Positions 21,491 through 29,204 of a stretch of DNA of 64,000 nt are shown piece by piece. Location: positions 128,001 to 192,000 of the forward strand of contig JAVJQW010000019.1 in assembly GCA_040218735.1 (NCBI GenBank), given 5' to 3'. How positions within the stretch are numbered: the first letter of the stretch is position 1; each line of letters opens with the position of its first letter. Both the position numbers and the translations under genes were made by a program. The DNA is from Deltaproteobacteria bacterium. GTDB taxonomy: Bacteria; Myxococcota; Kuafuiibacteriia; Kuafuiibacteriales; Kuafuiibacteriaceae. Under the pieces are notes generated by a model. That model saw only the letters and a list, made by a program, of their open reading frames with translations. It had not been told where the DNA came from and did no database searches.

Positions 21491-21576
21491 TCACGCCGAG
21501 GAGCCCGAACGTACGAATCCGCAGGCGTTGCATTGTCTGGGAGAGGGGGAGCGGACGGGGCGCCCGCGAGGAGGGG

Positions 21577-22038
21577 TCACGCCTTGAGGTTGTTGATCGC
21601 GGTCATGTAGGCGCGATGCTCGGCGGACATGATCTCGGAGGCCGTCTTGAAGAAGTGATTGGCCCGCGCGTTGGCGACGGTCGCGAGCGCACCGACGGTC
21701 GTCACGTCGAAGCTCGCGTCGATGGACTTCAACCCGGAGTCGATCGCGTCGTCCATCTTCGCGACGTCCTCCTCGGACAACGTGCCGCGACCGAGCGCGT
21801 CGAGGAGCGCACGCGCGTCGTCCATGCCGGCGCGCTGCATGAGGCCCGCGAGGGTCTCGGCCTCCTCGGCCGAAACCGAGCCGTCCGCCATCGCATCTTC
21901 CCAGGCGCTCTTCACCGCTGCGCCCGCTTCCACGTTGGCGCGATGGTCGGCGATCTGGTCCGCGTATCCGTGCACCTCGCCTTCGGCGTGGAGCATGAGG
22001 CCGATCTGGTTTTTGACTGCGTCGTTCATCTCGTTCAT
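21577..22038 (-). CDS. EspA/Bsp22-like T3SS filament/tip-type protein (putative)
   Basis: 153 aa, all helical; C-terminus FFKTASEIMSAEHRAYMTAINNLKA fits the S-x-I-M...H...I-x-N-L amphipathic tail of T3SS filament/tip proteins. Confidence 0.5.
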   Translation of the reverse strand: MNEMNDAVKNQIGLMLHAEGEVHGYADQIADHRANVEAGAAVKSAWEDAMADGSVSAEEAETLAGLMQRAGMDDARALLDALGRGTLSEEDVAKMDDAIDSGLKSIDASFDVTTVGALATVANARANHFFKTASEIMSAEHRAYMTAINNLKA

Positions 22039-22412
22039 CCCTTCAGCGTGTAGCGGCGATGCCGCGCCAACGCACCGCGCCGCAGGCGCCCGACGTCTTG
22101 CATGAGCTGACGCTGCGCACCGGCTCCCACGCTGAAGATCGTCTTCACCGTGTGGAACGCGACGCCCACCGTGGCCCCGATCGGCCCCGTTCCCGCCAAG
22201 GCCGGCGCCGTGCGCGCCTGCACCACCGCGATCGCGTCCGCCACCTCCGACAGCTCGTCGGCGTTCTCCTGCAGCGCCTTCTCGGCGCCCGTGAGCGCCT
22301 CTGCGATCTGGCGACTGCGCTCGATGTGCCCCTGAAGCTCGTCTTGATCGTCGGCGCGATACTCCGCGACCGCGACGTTGAACCGCGCCGTCATCATTCC
22401 CGAAACCGTCAT
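22035..22412 (-). CDS. Small coiled-coil protein with Gly-rich hydrophobic segment (translocator-like)
   Basis: RBS aaggag before ATG 22412; coiled coil followed by ALAGTGPIGATVGVAFHTVKTIFSVGAG; ATGA overlap with the next gene. Confidence 0.55.
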   Translation of the reverse strand: MTVSGMMTARFNVAVAEYRADDQDELQGHIERSRQIAEALTGAEKALQENADELSEVADAIAVVQARTAPALAGTGPIGATVGVAFHTVKTIFSVGAGAQRQLMQDVGRLRRGALARHRRYTLKG

Positions 22413-22422
22413 CTCAATCTCC

Positions 22423-22911
22423 TTACGCGTGCTTCTGCGCAGCGGCGCGCGCGAGCTGCAGGCGAGCTTCCCGCTCGGCCTTGAAGTCCTTCGACAGCTT
22501 CTCGTGCTCACTCTGCGTCGCGGCCTCCAGCTCGGCCGCGAGTCGGTGCTCCTGGGCTTCGAGCGACGCCGCGCGCTGCTCTTTTCCGTAGGTGTATCCG
22601 GCCTTGGCAGATAGCAACGAGCCTGACGCGCCCGCTGCACCCAACCACTTCGAGAGGGTCTCGCTCTCGGCGCCGGCGATGGCGCCGCCGATCTGGGCGA
22701 AGGCGCTGACCGAGGAGCCGACGGCCTGCCACATCGCCATCTTGTTCGCGGCCACCGCCGCGTCCTTCTCCTTCTCGAGCGCCTCCGCCTTGCGCTCGAA
22801 GCTACGGTCGCGCGCTCGCTTCGCGTCGGCGTTGTTGCTGTCGCTGCTCTTCCTCATCACCTCGGCGTTCTGCGCGAGGAGCGAGACGATCGTGCTCACT
22901 GCTGCTGACAT
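22423..22911 (-). CDS. SctB-like (SseD/EspB/YopD-type) minor translocator (putative)
   Basis: Coiled coil, then KMAMWQAVGSSVSAFAQIGGAIAG hydrophobic segment, LGAAGASGSLLSA, and a C-terminal coiled coil. Confidence 0.55.
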   Translation of the reverse strand: MSAAVSTIVSLLAQNAEVMRKSSDSNNADAKRARDRSFERKAEALEKEKDAAVAANKMAMWQAVGSSVSAFAQIGGAIAGAESETLSKWLGAAGASGSLLSAKAGYTYGKEQRAASLEAQEHRLAAELEAATQSEHEKLSKDFKAEREARLQLARAAAQKHA

Positions 22912-22918
22912 CTTTGAC

Positions 22919-23926
22919 TCATCCCCTCAGCGTCCGAGCCTCGAGATCGAGGATCGCCGCGTTCATGTCTTCGCTGCTGGCCGCCGCCTCCGCGACCACC
23001 TGCTGGGCGTCGGCGAGCTGGGCTTCCGAGGCCTCGATCGCGAGGCTCTCGCCTTCGGCCTCGAGCCGCTTCAGATCCGCGTCGCCGTCGAACTTCCCTT
23101 CGACCGCCGACCCGACGAAGTAGCCGCCGCTCTCGACCACCGCCGCGGTCGTGACGCCCATCTGCGCCACCGTCGCGACGGTGCTGATCAGACCGCCGAC
23201 CGGATTCAACGCCGCGAGCGTGAGCCCCGAGTTCATGCCGGTGGCCAACCCGTAGCCGCTGAAGAGGTTCCGAGTCAGACGCCCGAAGACGCTCCCCTTC
23301 TTCGACGCCTCGACGGCTTCGGCCTGGGCATCGTAGCGAGCCTGCGAGCTCGCCTCGACCTCGCCGAGCTTCGCGCGCCCGCCTTCGAGCGCTTGCGTTC
23401 GCTTGGCGTCGGCGACATCCGAGGCCACCGCCTGCTGCCCCTGCACGGCGGAGACGCCCGCCATGTTGCCGTTCCCGCGCCCCTGTCGTCCCGCGTGGTC
23501 CTTCTTCACGTTGTTCGACAGGCTGCTCTCTGCGAGGTTCAGGTCGCGCGAAGCCTTGGCGACATCGGCGCCGACCGCTTGGAGCTCGAAGTCCAAGCGC
23601 GTCGACTCCGCGGCGAGTCGGTCCTCGTCCGCCTGGAGCAACTCGACGCGCTCGTTCAGCGACTCACCCTCGCGACTGTTGATCCCGAAGAACCCACCGA
23701 CCGCGTGCACGACGTTGCCGACCGTCGAGCGATCCTGAATCTCCTCCTGCCGCTGCGCGAGCTCGATCTGCTGTTCCTGAGCGTGCTCGATGGCCTTGGC
23801 GTTGGCCTCGCGTTGCTGCTCGAGGTCCGCGACCTTGCTCTCCGCCGCGTCCGCCGTGGCCTCGAGCTTGTCCTTCGCCGCCTCGAACAACGCGAAGGAA
23901 ACGCGCTGTGCTGCATTGGGTCTCAT
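22919..23926 (-). CDS. SctE-like (SseC/YopB-type) major translocator (putative)
   Basis: RBS aaggag before ATG 23926; long coiled coils; AEAVEASKKGSVFGRL motif then hydrophobic GLTLAALNPVGGLISTVATVAQMGVTTAAVV, as in SctE proteins. Confidence 0.55.
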   Translation of the reverse strand: MRPNAAQRVSFALFEAAKDKLEATADAAESKVADLEQQREANAKAIEHAQEQQIELAQRQEEIQDRSTVGNVVHAVGGFFGINSREGESLNERVELLQADEDRLAAESTRLDFELQAVGADVAKASRDLNLAESSLSNNVKKDHAGRQGRGNGNMAGVSAVQGQQAVASDVADAKRTQALEGGRAKLGEVEASSQARYDAQAEAVEASKKGSVFGRLTRNLFSGYGLATGMNSGLTLAALNPVGGLISTVATVAQMGVTTAAVVESGGYFVGSAVEGKFDGDADLKRLEAEGESLAIEASEAQLADAQQVVAEAAASSEDMNAAILDLEARTLRG

Positions 23927-23951
23927 GATGTTCTCCTTCTCGAGCCGGCGG

Positions 23952-24560
23952 CTACGCCATGCGGGTGCTCTGGTGCTTCTGCTTGATCGAGTCCGCGAGC
24001 TCCGACTGGTTCTTGCGAACCGCGCTGACCATGCTGACCTCGATGTTGATCTCGACGTTGCGGCTCGCACCGTCCGCCTCGGCGGACTTGAGGGCGTTGT
24101 CGATGTCCCGCTTCCAGCTATCGAGCGCGGCGTTCGCCTCGGGCGTCGCGAAGTTGAAGTTGCCGCTGGCGTCCACGTTCTCCGCCTTCCAGCTCAGCTT
24201 GACGCCGATCTCCTCGAGCGGCTTCGCGATCTCCGCGTTCCACTGCGCGGGTTTGATCGCGCCCGCCGACTGGAGCTCGCTGAGGCGGGACTTCACCTTG
24301 AGGATCCGCTTGTTGAGCGCGTTCTGTTCGGCGATCTCATCGGCACGGGCGTGAAGGAACTGCTCCTTCACCTCACCGAGCTTGCCCATCTCCGCGAGGA
24401 TTCGCTTCGCGGCGTCGCCGCGCCCGGCCGAGGACCGACGGACGGTGCTGTCGCCGAACGCATCCGGCACGGCGCCCGAGGCCCGGGACTCCGACGTCGG
24501 CGTCATCTGGTAGCGGTTGGTGACGTTGGTGGTGGGGTTGGGGTTGAAGTTCGCAGCCAT
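23952..24560 (-). CDS. EspA/Bsp22/SctA-like tip or filament protein (putative)
   Basis: N/T/S/P-rich disordered N-terminus (MAANFNPNPTTNVTN), coiled coil ARADEIAEQNALNKRI, and C-terminal helix IDNALKSAE...QSELADSIKQKHQS. First gene of the operon. Confidence 0.5.
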   Translation of the reverse strand: MAANFNPNPTTNVTNRYQMTPTSESRASGAVPDAFGDSTVRRSSAGRGDAAKRILAEMGKLGEVKEQFLHARADEIAEQNALNKRILKVKSRLSELQSAGAIKPAQWNAEIAKPLEEIGVKLSWKAENVDASGNFNFATPEANAALDSWKRDIDNALKSAEADGASRNVEINIEVSMVSAVRKNQSELADSIKQKHQSTRMA

Positions 24561-24613
24561 GGTCGTGACCTTTCGTTGGTGTGGGCCGCTTCAGTGCGGT
24601 CGACCAACACCAC

Positions 24614-24714
24614 TTCAAGGCACGTGCCATCGATGGATCGTCGCGACGCCGCCGATCCGACGGCGTTCGTCCGAGATTCGTTCGGATTCGTTCGTGCGGC
24701 CGGACGGCGTCCGG
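24614..24714 (-). promoter_or_regulatory. sigma54-like promoter plus tandem-repeat upstream site for the translocon-like operon
   Basis: tGGcacgtgccttGAa at 24629-24614 (GA instead of GC at -12). 35 bp upstream lies acgaacgaat-ccgaacgaatc-tcggacgaac (24695-24665). Confidence 0.65.
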
Positions 24715-24723
24715 CCACGCCGG

Positions 24724-25893
24724 CTACATCGCGCGCTCGTACAGGTCCTTCGCGGCCTCGGGCGTCAGCTTCTTCGGGTTGCCGGCCGCGGCGGCGTCGA
24801 TGACGGCCTGCTCGACCATCGTGGGGATCATCTTCTTCTTCACGCCGAGGGGGGCGAGGCGGCGCGGGGAGCCGATCGCTTCGAGGATCGACCACACCAT
24901 GTTGAAGCAGCTGCGGGCGCGGAGCGCGAGGGTGCCGCTGACGTTGTCGCCGAGGGCCTGGCCCGCGATCGCGTAGGCCTCGGAGGCCGCGTCCAAGTTG
25001 TACTCGATGACGTGCGGCAACATGATCGCGTTCGCGAGGCCGTGGTGCAGGTCCGCCACCGCCGACAGCGGGTGCGCCAGCGCGTGACAGGCGCCGAGCC
25101 CCTTCTGGAACGAGATCGCCGCCATCGACGACGCGACCAGCATCTCGTGCCGCGCCTTGATGTCCTCGCCGTCGCGCACCGCGCGCACGAGGTAACGACC
25201 GACCCGCGTCAGCGCCCCGAGCGCGAACATGTCCGCGAACGGGTGGTTACCGTTCGACACGTACGCCTCGAGCGCATGCGTCAGCGCGTCCATGCCGGTG
25301 GCCGCCGTGATGTGCGGCGGGAGGCCGACCGTCAGCTCCGCGTCGCAGATCGCCACGTTCGGGAGCATGTGCGGGCTGAAGATGACGACCTTGTGCCCGT
25401 CGTCGCCCAGGCAGATGACACTCGCGCGCCCGACCTCGCTGCCGGTGCCCGCCGTCGTGGGGATGGCGATGACCGGCGGCATGTTGCCGTGGATCTTCCG
25501 GTCGCCGCCGATCAGATCGTCGTACTCGATCAGCGGGAGCTCGTGCGTCGCCTTCAGGGCGATCGTCTTGGCGACGTCCATCGGCGCGCCGCCGCCGAGC
25601 CCGATCACCACGTCCGCCTCCACCCGGCGCAGCGTCTCGACGCCCTCCAGGACGTCGCGCTCGATCGGGTTCTTCGACACGCCGAGGTACACCGCCCCGG
25701 CGAGGCCGCCCTCCGCGATCACCTTCTCGACCTTCTCCACGAGACCGGCCGACTTGATGCCCTTGTCGGCGACGATCAGCGCGCGCTTCGTGCCGAGCTT
25801 CTCCATCTCGTGCGGCAGTCGCGCGAGCGCACCGGGGCCCACGACCATGCGCGTGGGAAAGCTCATCTCGGAGATCGGAATGTCGACCGTCAT
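24724..25893 (-). CDS. Iron-containing alcohol dehydrogenase
   Basis: GLGGGAPMDVAK, IPTTAGTGSEV, TGMDALTHALEAY, HALAHPL, HHGLANA. Confidence 0.92.
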   Translation of the reverse strand: MTVDIPISEMSFPTRMVVGPGALARLPHEMEKLGTKRALIVADKGIKSAGLVEKVEKVIAEGGLAGAVYLGVSKNPIERDVLEGVETLRRVEADVVIGLGGGAPMDVAKTIALKATHELPLIEYDDLIGGDRKIHGNMPPVIAIPTTAGTGSEVGRASVICLGDDGHKVVIFSPHMLPNVAICDAELTVGLPPHITAATGMDALTHALEAYVSNGNHPFADMFALGALTRVGRYLVRAVRDGEDIKARHEMLVASSMAAISFQKGLGACHALAHPLSAVADLHHGLANAIMLPHVIEYNLDAASEAYAIAGQALGDNVSGTLALRARSCFNMVWSILEAIGSPRRLAPLGVKKKMIPTMVEQAVIDAAAAGNPKKLTPEAAKDLYERAM

Positions 25894-25939
25894 CGGCGCG
25901 TAGCTAAACCACGCGCCGCCCGGGCGCAATCTGGAGCGC

Positions 25940-27808
25940 CTACTCGGGATCGCAGGCGCCTTCGCAGGGGTGGGCGAGCGTCCCCCCTTCGCGCAGGAAC
26001 GCGTCGAGCTGCGCGATCGACGCCGGCAACCGACGCACCCCCTCGTGCACCTCGTTCTTGCTGGGCGCCGCCTTCGGCGTCCGCATGAACGACCGGTCCG
26101 CGCCGAAGTCGAAGACCGTCAGCGCCGCGTCCCCGTCCGTGAAGGGCTCGAGCCCGAACACCTCGACCGACGTCGGGCTCGTGACCTGCGCACCGACCTG
26201 CCGCGCGTGGAAGTAACCTGTCACGTCGGGCACCGAGGTGTCCGCGACGCCCAGCTGCATCAGCACCTTCCGGTCCGCCACCGTCCCGGGGAGCGGCGAG
26301 CGCACCAAGTACGGGGCGTACGTCGCCGGGTCCACGACGTCGAGGCGCCGCTGCATCGTCGCGACGTACTTCAACCGCTCCAACGGATCCGTGATCGCCA
26401 ACGCCATCAACTCCAGGAACGGCTCGAACGGCTTCGACCGCGCCATCATGTGCACCAACCCCGACCCACCGACCGTGAGCGCGATGCGATCGATGTCCGG
26501 GTTCACCGCCGTCATGACCCCGCCGAGGATGTGCCCCTGACTGATCCCCAGGAACGACAGCTGCGAGGCGTCGAACACCGGGGTCCCGTCCGCGCGCTGG
26601 AGCTCGGGCGCCGCGCGCATCGGCCCGCGGATGGCCGCCGTGAACGCGATCCAGTTGAGCATCCCCTGGTGCACCCGGTCGGTGAAGTGCGTCGCCCGGT
26701 AGGGCTCGCCCACCAACACGTCGACGATCTCGGTGACGTCACGCATCGACATCCCTTGCCAGTCGATCGCGAAGACGACCGCGCCCATCGCATCGGCGAT
26801 CTCCTGCGGCGGTGTCTGCAGCGCCTCGGTGCGCTGACCGAAGAAGCCGTGCCCGTAGCAGAGTGTTCGACCCGGCGTCGTCGCGTCGCGCACCGACTTC
26901 GGAATCATCACCACGAACGGCACCTCCGTCGTACCGTCGATCCGCAAGTCGCCGTTTGCGTCGCGCAGCAGGGTCGCGCCGCGGTCGGGGATGTCGACGA
27001 ACATCGGCACCGTGATCGTCCCGTGCACCTCGCGCCAGATGAGCACCTTGCCCGGGTCCGGCGGCTCCTCGATCACCTCCTCGATCGTCACCGCGGGCGG
27101 CGTCGCCGCGACCGCCTCGCGCATCAGCTCACGCCCCGAGAGCAAGTCACGTTGCACGGCCTCGTCGCGGCCGGTCGTGAAGTCCCACGCCGCCTGGACG
27201 CGCGAACGATCGATTCCCGCGGCGTCGACGACCGCGAGCACGTCGTCCTCGTAGCGTTCGAGGCCCGCGACCTCCTCCCCGTCACGAACGCGCGCGAAGC
27301 CCGCGAGCGGCGGGACGTCGAGGCCCGCCACCACGACGACGTACCGCGTGGCCTCGTCGAGCGCGACCAGCGGGTGCAAGACCAACGCGTTGCGCTCGCC
27401 GTCGAGCGGGTCCACGTCGGCGTAGTGCGGGACGGCGGCCCCGGAGGCCGCGTCGAGGATCAACGTCGCGCTCGTCGCGGGCGCCATACTGAGTACGGGG
27501 TCGTCGTCGATGCCGACCAGCGACGCGGCGTCGACGGGCTCCGCGAACGTGACGACGATCAGCGGCTGCCGGGAGAAGCCGTCGATCGGCGCGCTCTCGC
27601 CGAGGTCGGCGCTCGTGCCGTCGTCCGCGACGAGGCGCGCAGCGCCGCGCATGACGACGCCGTCGTCGGCGCGAAAGAAGTCGGACGGGTACGGGAGCAC
27701 GCAGTCGACGCCGGCCGCGAGGGGCTGACAGCCATCGCGAACCTCGAGCGGCTCGTTGCCCGAGCACGCCACCGCGATGAGGAACGAACCGAACGCGACA
27801 CGCCGCAC
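25940..27808 (-). CDS. Lipoprotein with alpha/beta-hydrolase-like C-terminal domain
   Basis: Lipobox LIAVAC; LPYPSDFF and DGFS N-terminal motifs; YGHGFFG oxyanion-like motif; GISQG nucleophile elbow; C-terminal His (NEVHEGVR). Confidence 0.7.
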   Translation of the reverse strand: MRRVAFGSFLIAVACSGNEPLEVRDGCQPLAAGVDCVLPYPSDFFRADDGVVMRGAARLVADDGTSADLGESAPIDGFSRQPLIVVTFAEPVDAASLVGIDDDPVLSMAPATSATLILDAASGAAVPHYADVDPLDGERNALVLHPLVALDEATRYVVVVAGLDVPPLAGFARVRDGEEVAGLERYEDDVLAVVDAAGIDRSRVQAAWDFTTGRDEAVQRDLLSGRELMREAVAATPPAVTIEEVIEEPPDPGKVLIWREVHGTITVPMFVDIPDRGATLLRDANGDLRIDGTTEVPFVVMIPKSVRDATTPGRTLCYGHGFFGQRTEALQTPPQEIADAMGAVVFAIDWQGMSMRDVTEIVDVLVGEPYRATHFTDRVHQGMLNWIAFTAAIRGPMRAAPELQRADGTPVFDASQLSFLGISQGHILGGVMTAVNPDIDRIALTVGGSGLVHMMARSKPFEPFLELMALAITDPLERLKYVATMQRRLDVVDPATYAPYLVRSPLPGTVADRKVLMQLGVADTSVPDVTGYFHARQVGAQVTSPTSVEVFGLEPFTDGDAALTVFDFGADRSFMRTPKAAPSKNEVHEGVRRLPASIAQLDAFLREGGTLAHPCEGACDPE

Positions 27809-27980
27809 GCGACGAGGATCACGAATGCACCCACCCGCGCACCATCCGACGTCTGCGCGCGATCACGAGTTTTCAGAACGCATCAGACGTTCGGCAACGC
27901 TTGCTGTTCGTGTTTCGCGAAGAGCGGCAACGCCTGCGGCTCGCGCCGTCGATCGAACGCCGAGAACACACGCGTGGTGT

Positions 27981-27996
27981 TGGTCCACGAGCTGCA
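27981..27996 (+). promoter_or_regulatory. Possible sigma54 -24/-12 element for the M23 peptidase gene
   Basis: tGGtccacgagctGCa (GG-N10-GC), 13 nt before ATG 28010. Confidence 0.35.
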
Positions 27997-28009
27997 ATGC
28001 AACCTGCGC

Positions 28010-29203
28010 ATGAAGAACAACATCACGATCCTCACCCTCCTCCTCACCGCGTGCGCCGCCGAAGTCACACCGACCGCGGACACGTCGGATGAGATTCGCC
28101 TCCCATCGTTCCGCCCCGCGCGCGGACCTCGGCTGCGTTTCCCGATCGCCCGCCGCGACCGCGGCAACATCATCGCCGAAGTCATCTTCGGCATGGACCA
28201 CAAGGACCGCGGCACGCACCGCACCGACTGCTACAACTACGCCGGCCTCCCGTTCCCGCAGTGTTACAACGGCCACGACGGTCACGACTACGCGCTGAAG
28301 GGCGGCTTCCCGATGATGGACCTCAACGCCCCGACGATCGTCGCCGCGGCACCGGGTCGCGTCGTGTCGGTTGTCGATGGCAACTACGATCGCTGCCACG
28401 TCGACAAGAACTTCGAAGTCACCTGCGACGGCTTCGTGAAGGAAGCCAACAAGGTCGTCATCGAACACGCCGGCGGCTGGCGCACGAACTATCTCCACCT
28501 CAAGAAGAACAGCATCGTCGTCGCCGAAGGTGACGTCGTGACCTGCGGACAGAAGCTCGGGGAGATGGGTTCGAGCGGCAACTCATCGATGCCTCACCTC
28601 CACTTCTCCCTCGACGATCCCAACAAACGCAGCGTCGATCCCTACGCCGGCATCATGAGCCAGCCCGAGACCTTCTGGGTTCAGCAGGTCACGCCCGACG
28701 GCCTGCCCGGCGACCTCTACGACGGCCAGTCCATCATCGACCCGCTCCTCGACCCCGAGTGTTACGACGTTGTCGAAGACGCGACCGAGTGCGGCACGAC
28801 GCTCGTCACCAACGCCGAAGCCTGCGGCACGCAGCTCGTGACCTCCACCGCGCAGTGCGGAACCGTGCACGTGACGTCGGCCCAGCAGTGCGGCACCGAG
28901 CTCGTGACCTCCGCGCAGATCTGCGGCACCGAGGTCGTCGAGGACGCCACGGTCTGCGGCACCGAGATGGTCCGCGACGCCGCCCGCTGCGGGACCGAGC
29001 TCGTGAACGACCTGCTCACGTGCATCCAGGCGGGCCTCGCCGGTCAGCTCCCGTGTGAAATGGCCGCGGAGTGCGAGGTCGCGCTGTCCTGCGAGATCGA
29101 CGCGACGTGTGAGATCCCGTCGTCCTGCGACGTGCCCGCCTCGTGTGAGATCCCCGCGACGTGCGCGATCCCCAACAGCTGCGAAGTGTTCGCCTGCGAG
29201 TGA
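28010..29203 (+). CDS. M23-family peptidase lipoprotein with Cys-rich repetitive C-terminal tail
   Basis: Lipobox LLLTAC; zinc motifs HDGHD, YLHL and GSSGNSSMPHLHF; tail of CGT-x8 and CEIPxx repeats. Confidence 0.88.
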   Translation: MKNNITILTLLLTACAAEVTPTADTSDEIRLPSFRPARGPRLRFPIARRDRGNIIAEVIFGMDHKDRGTHRTDCYNYAGLPFPQCYNGHDGHDYALKGGFPMMDLNAPTIVAAAPGRVVSVVDGNYDRCHVDKNFEVTCDGFVKEANKVVIEHAGGWRTNYLHLKKNSIVVAEGDVVTCGQKLGEMGSSGNSSMPHLHFSLDDPNKRSVDPYAGIMSQPETFWVQQVTPDGLPGDLYDGQSIIDPLLDPECYDVVEDATECGTTLVTNAEACGTQLVTSTAQCGTVHVTSAQQCGTELVTSAQICGTEVVEDATVCGTEMVRDAARCGTELVNDLLTCIQAGLAGQLPCEMAAECEVALSCEIDATCEIPSSCDVPASCEIPATCAIPNSCEVFACE

Positions 29204-29204
29204 C

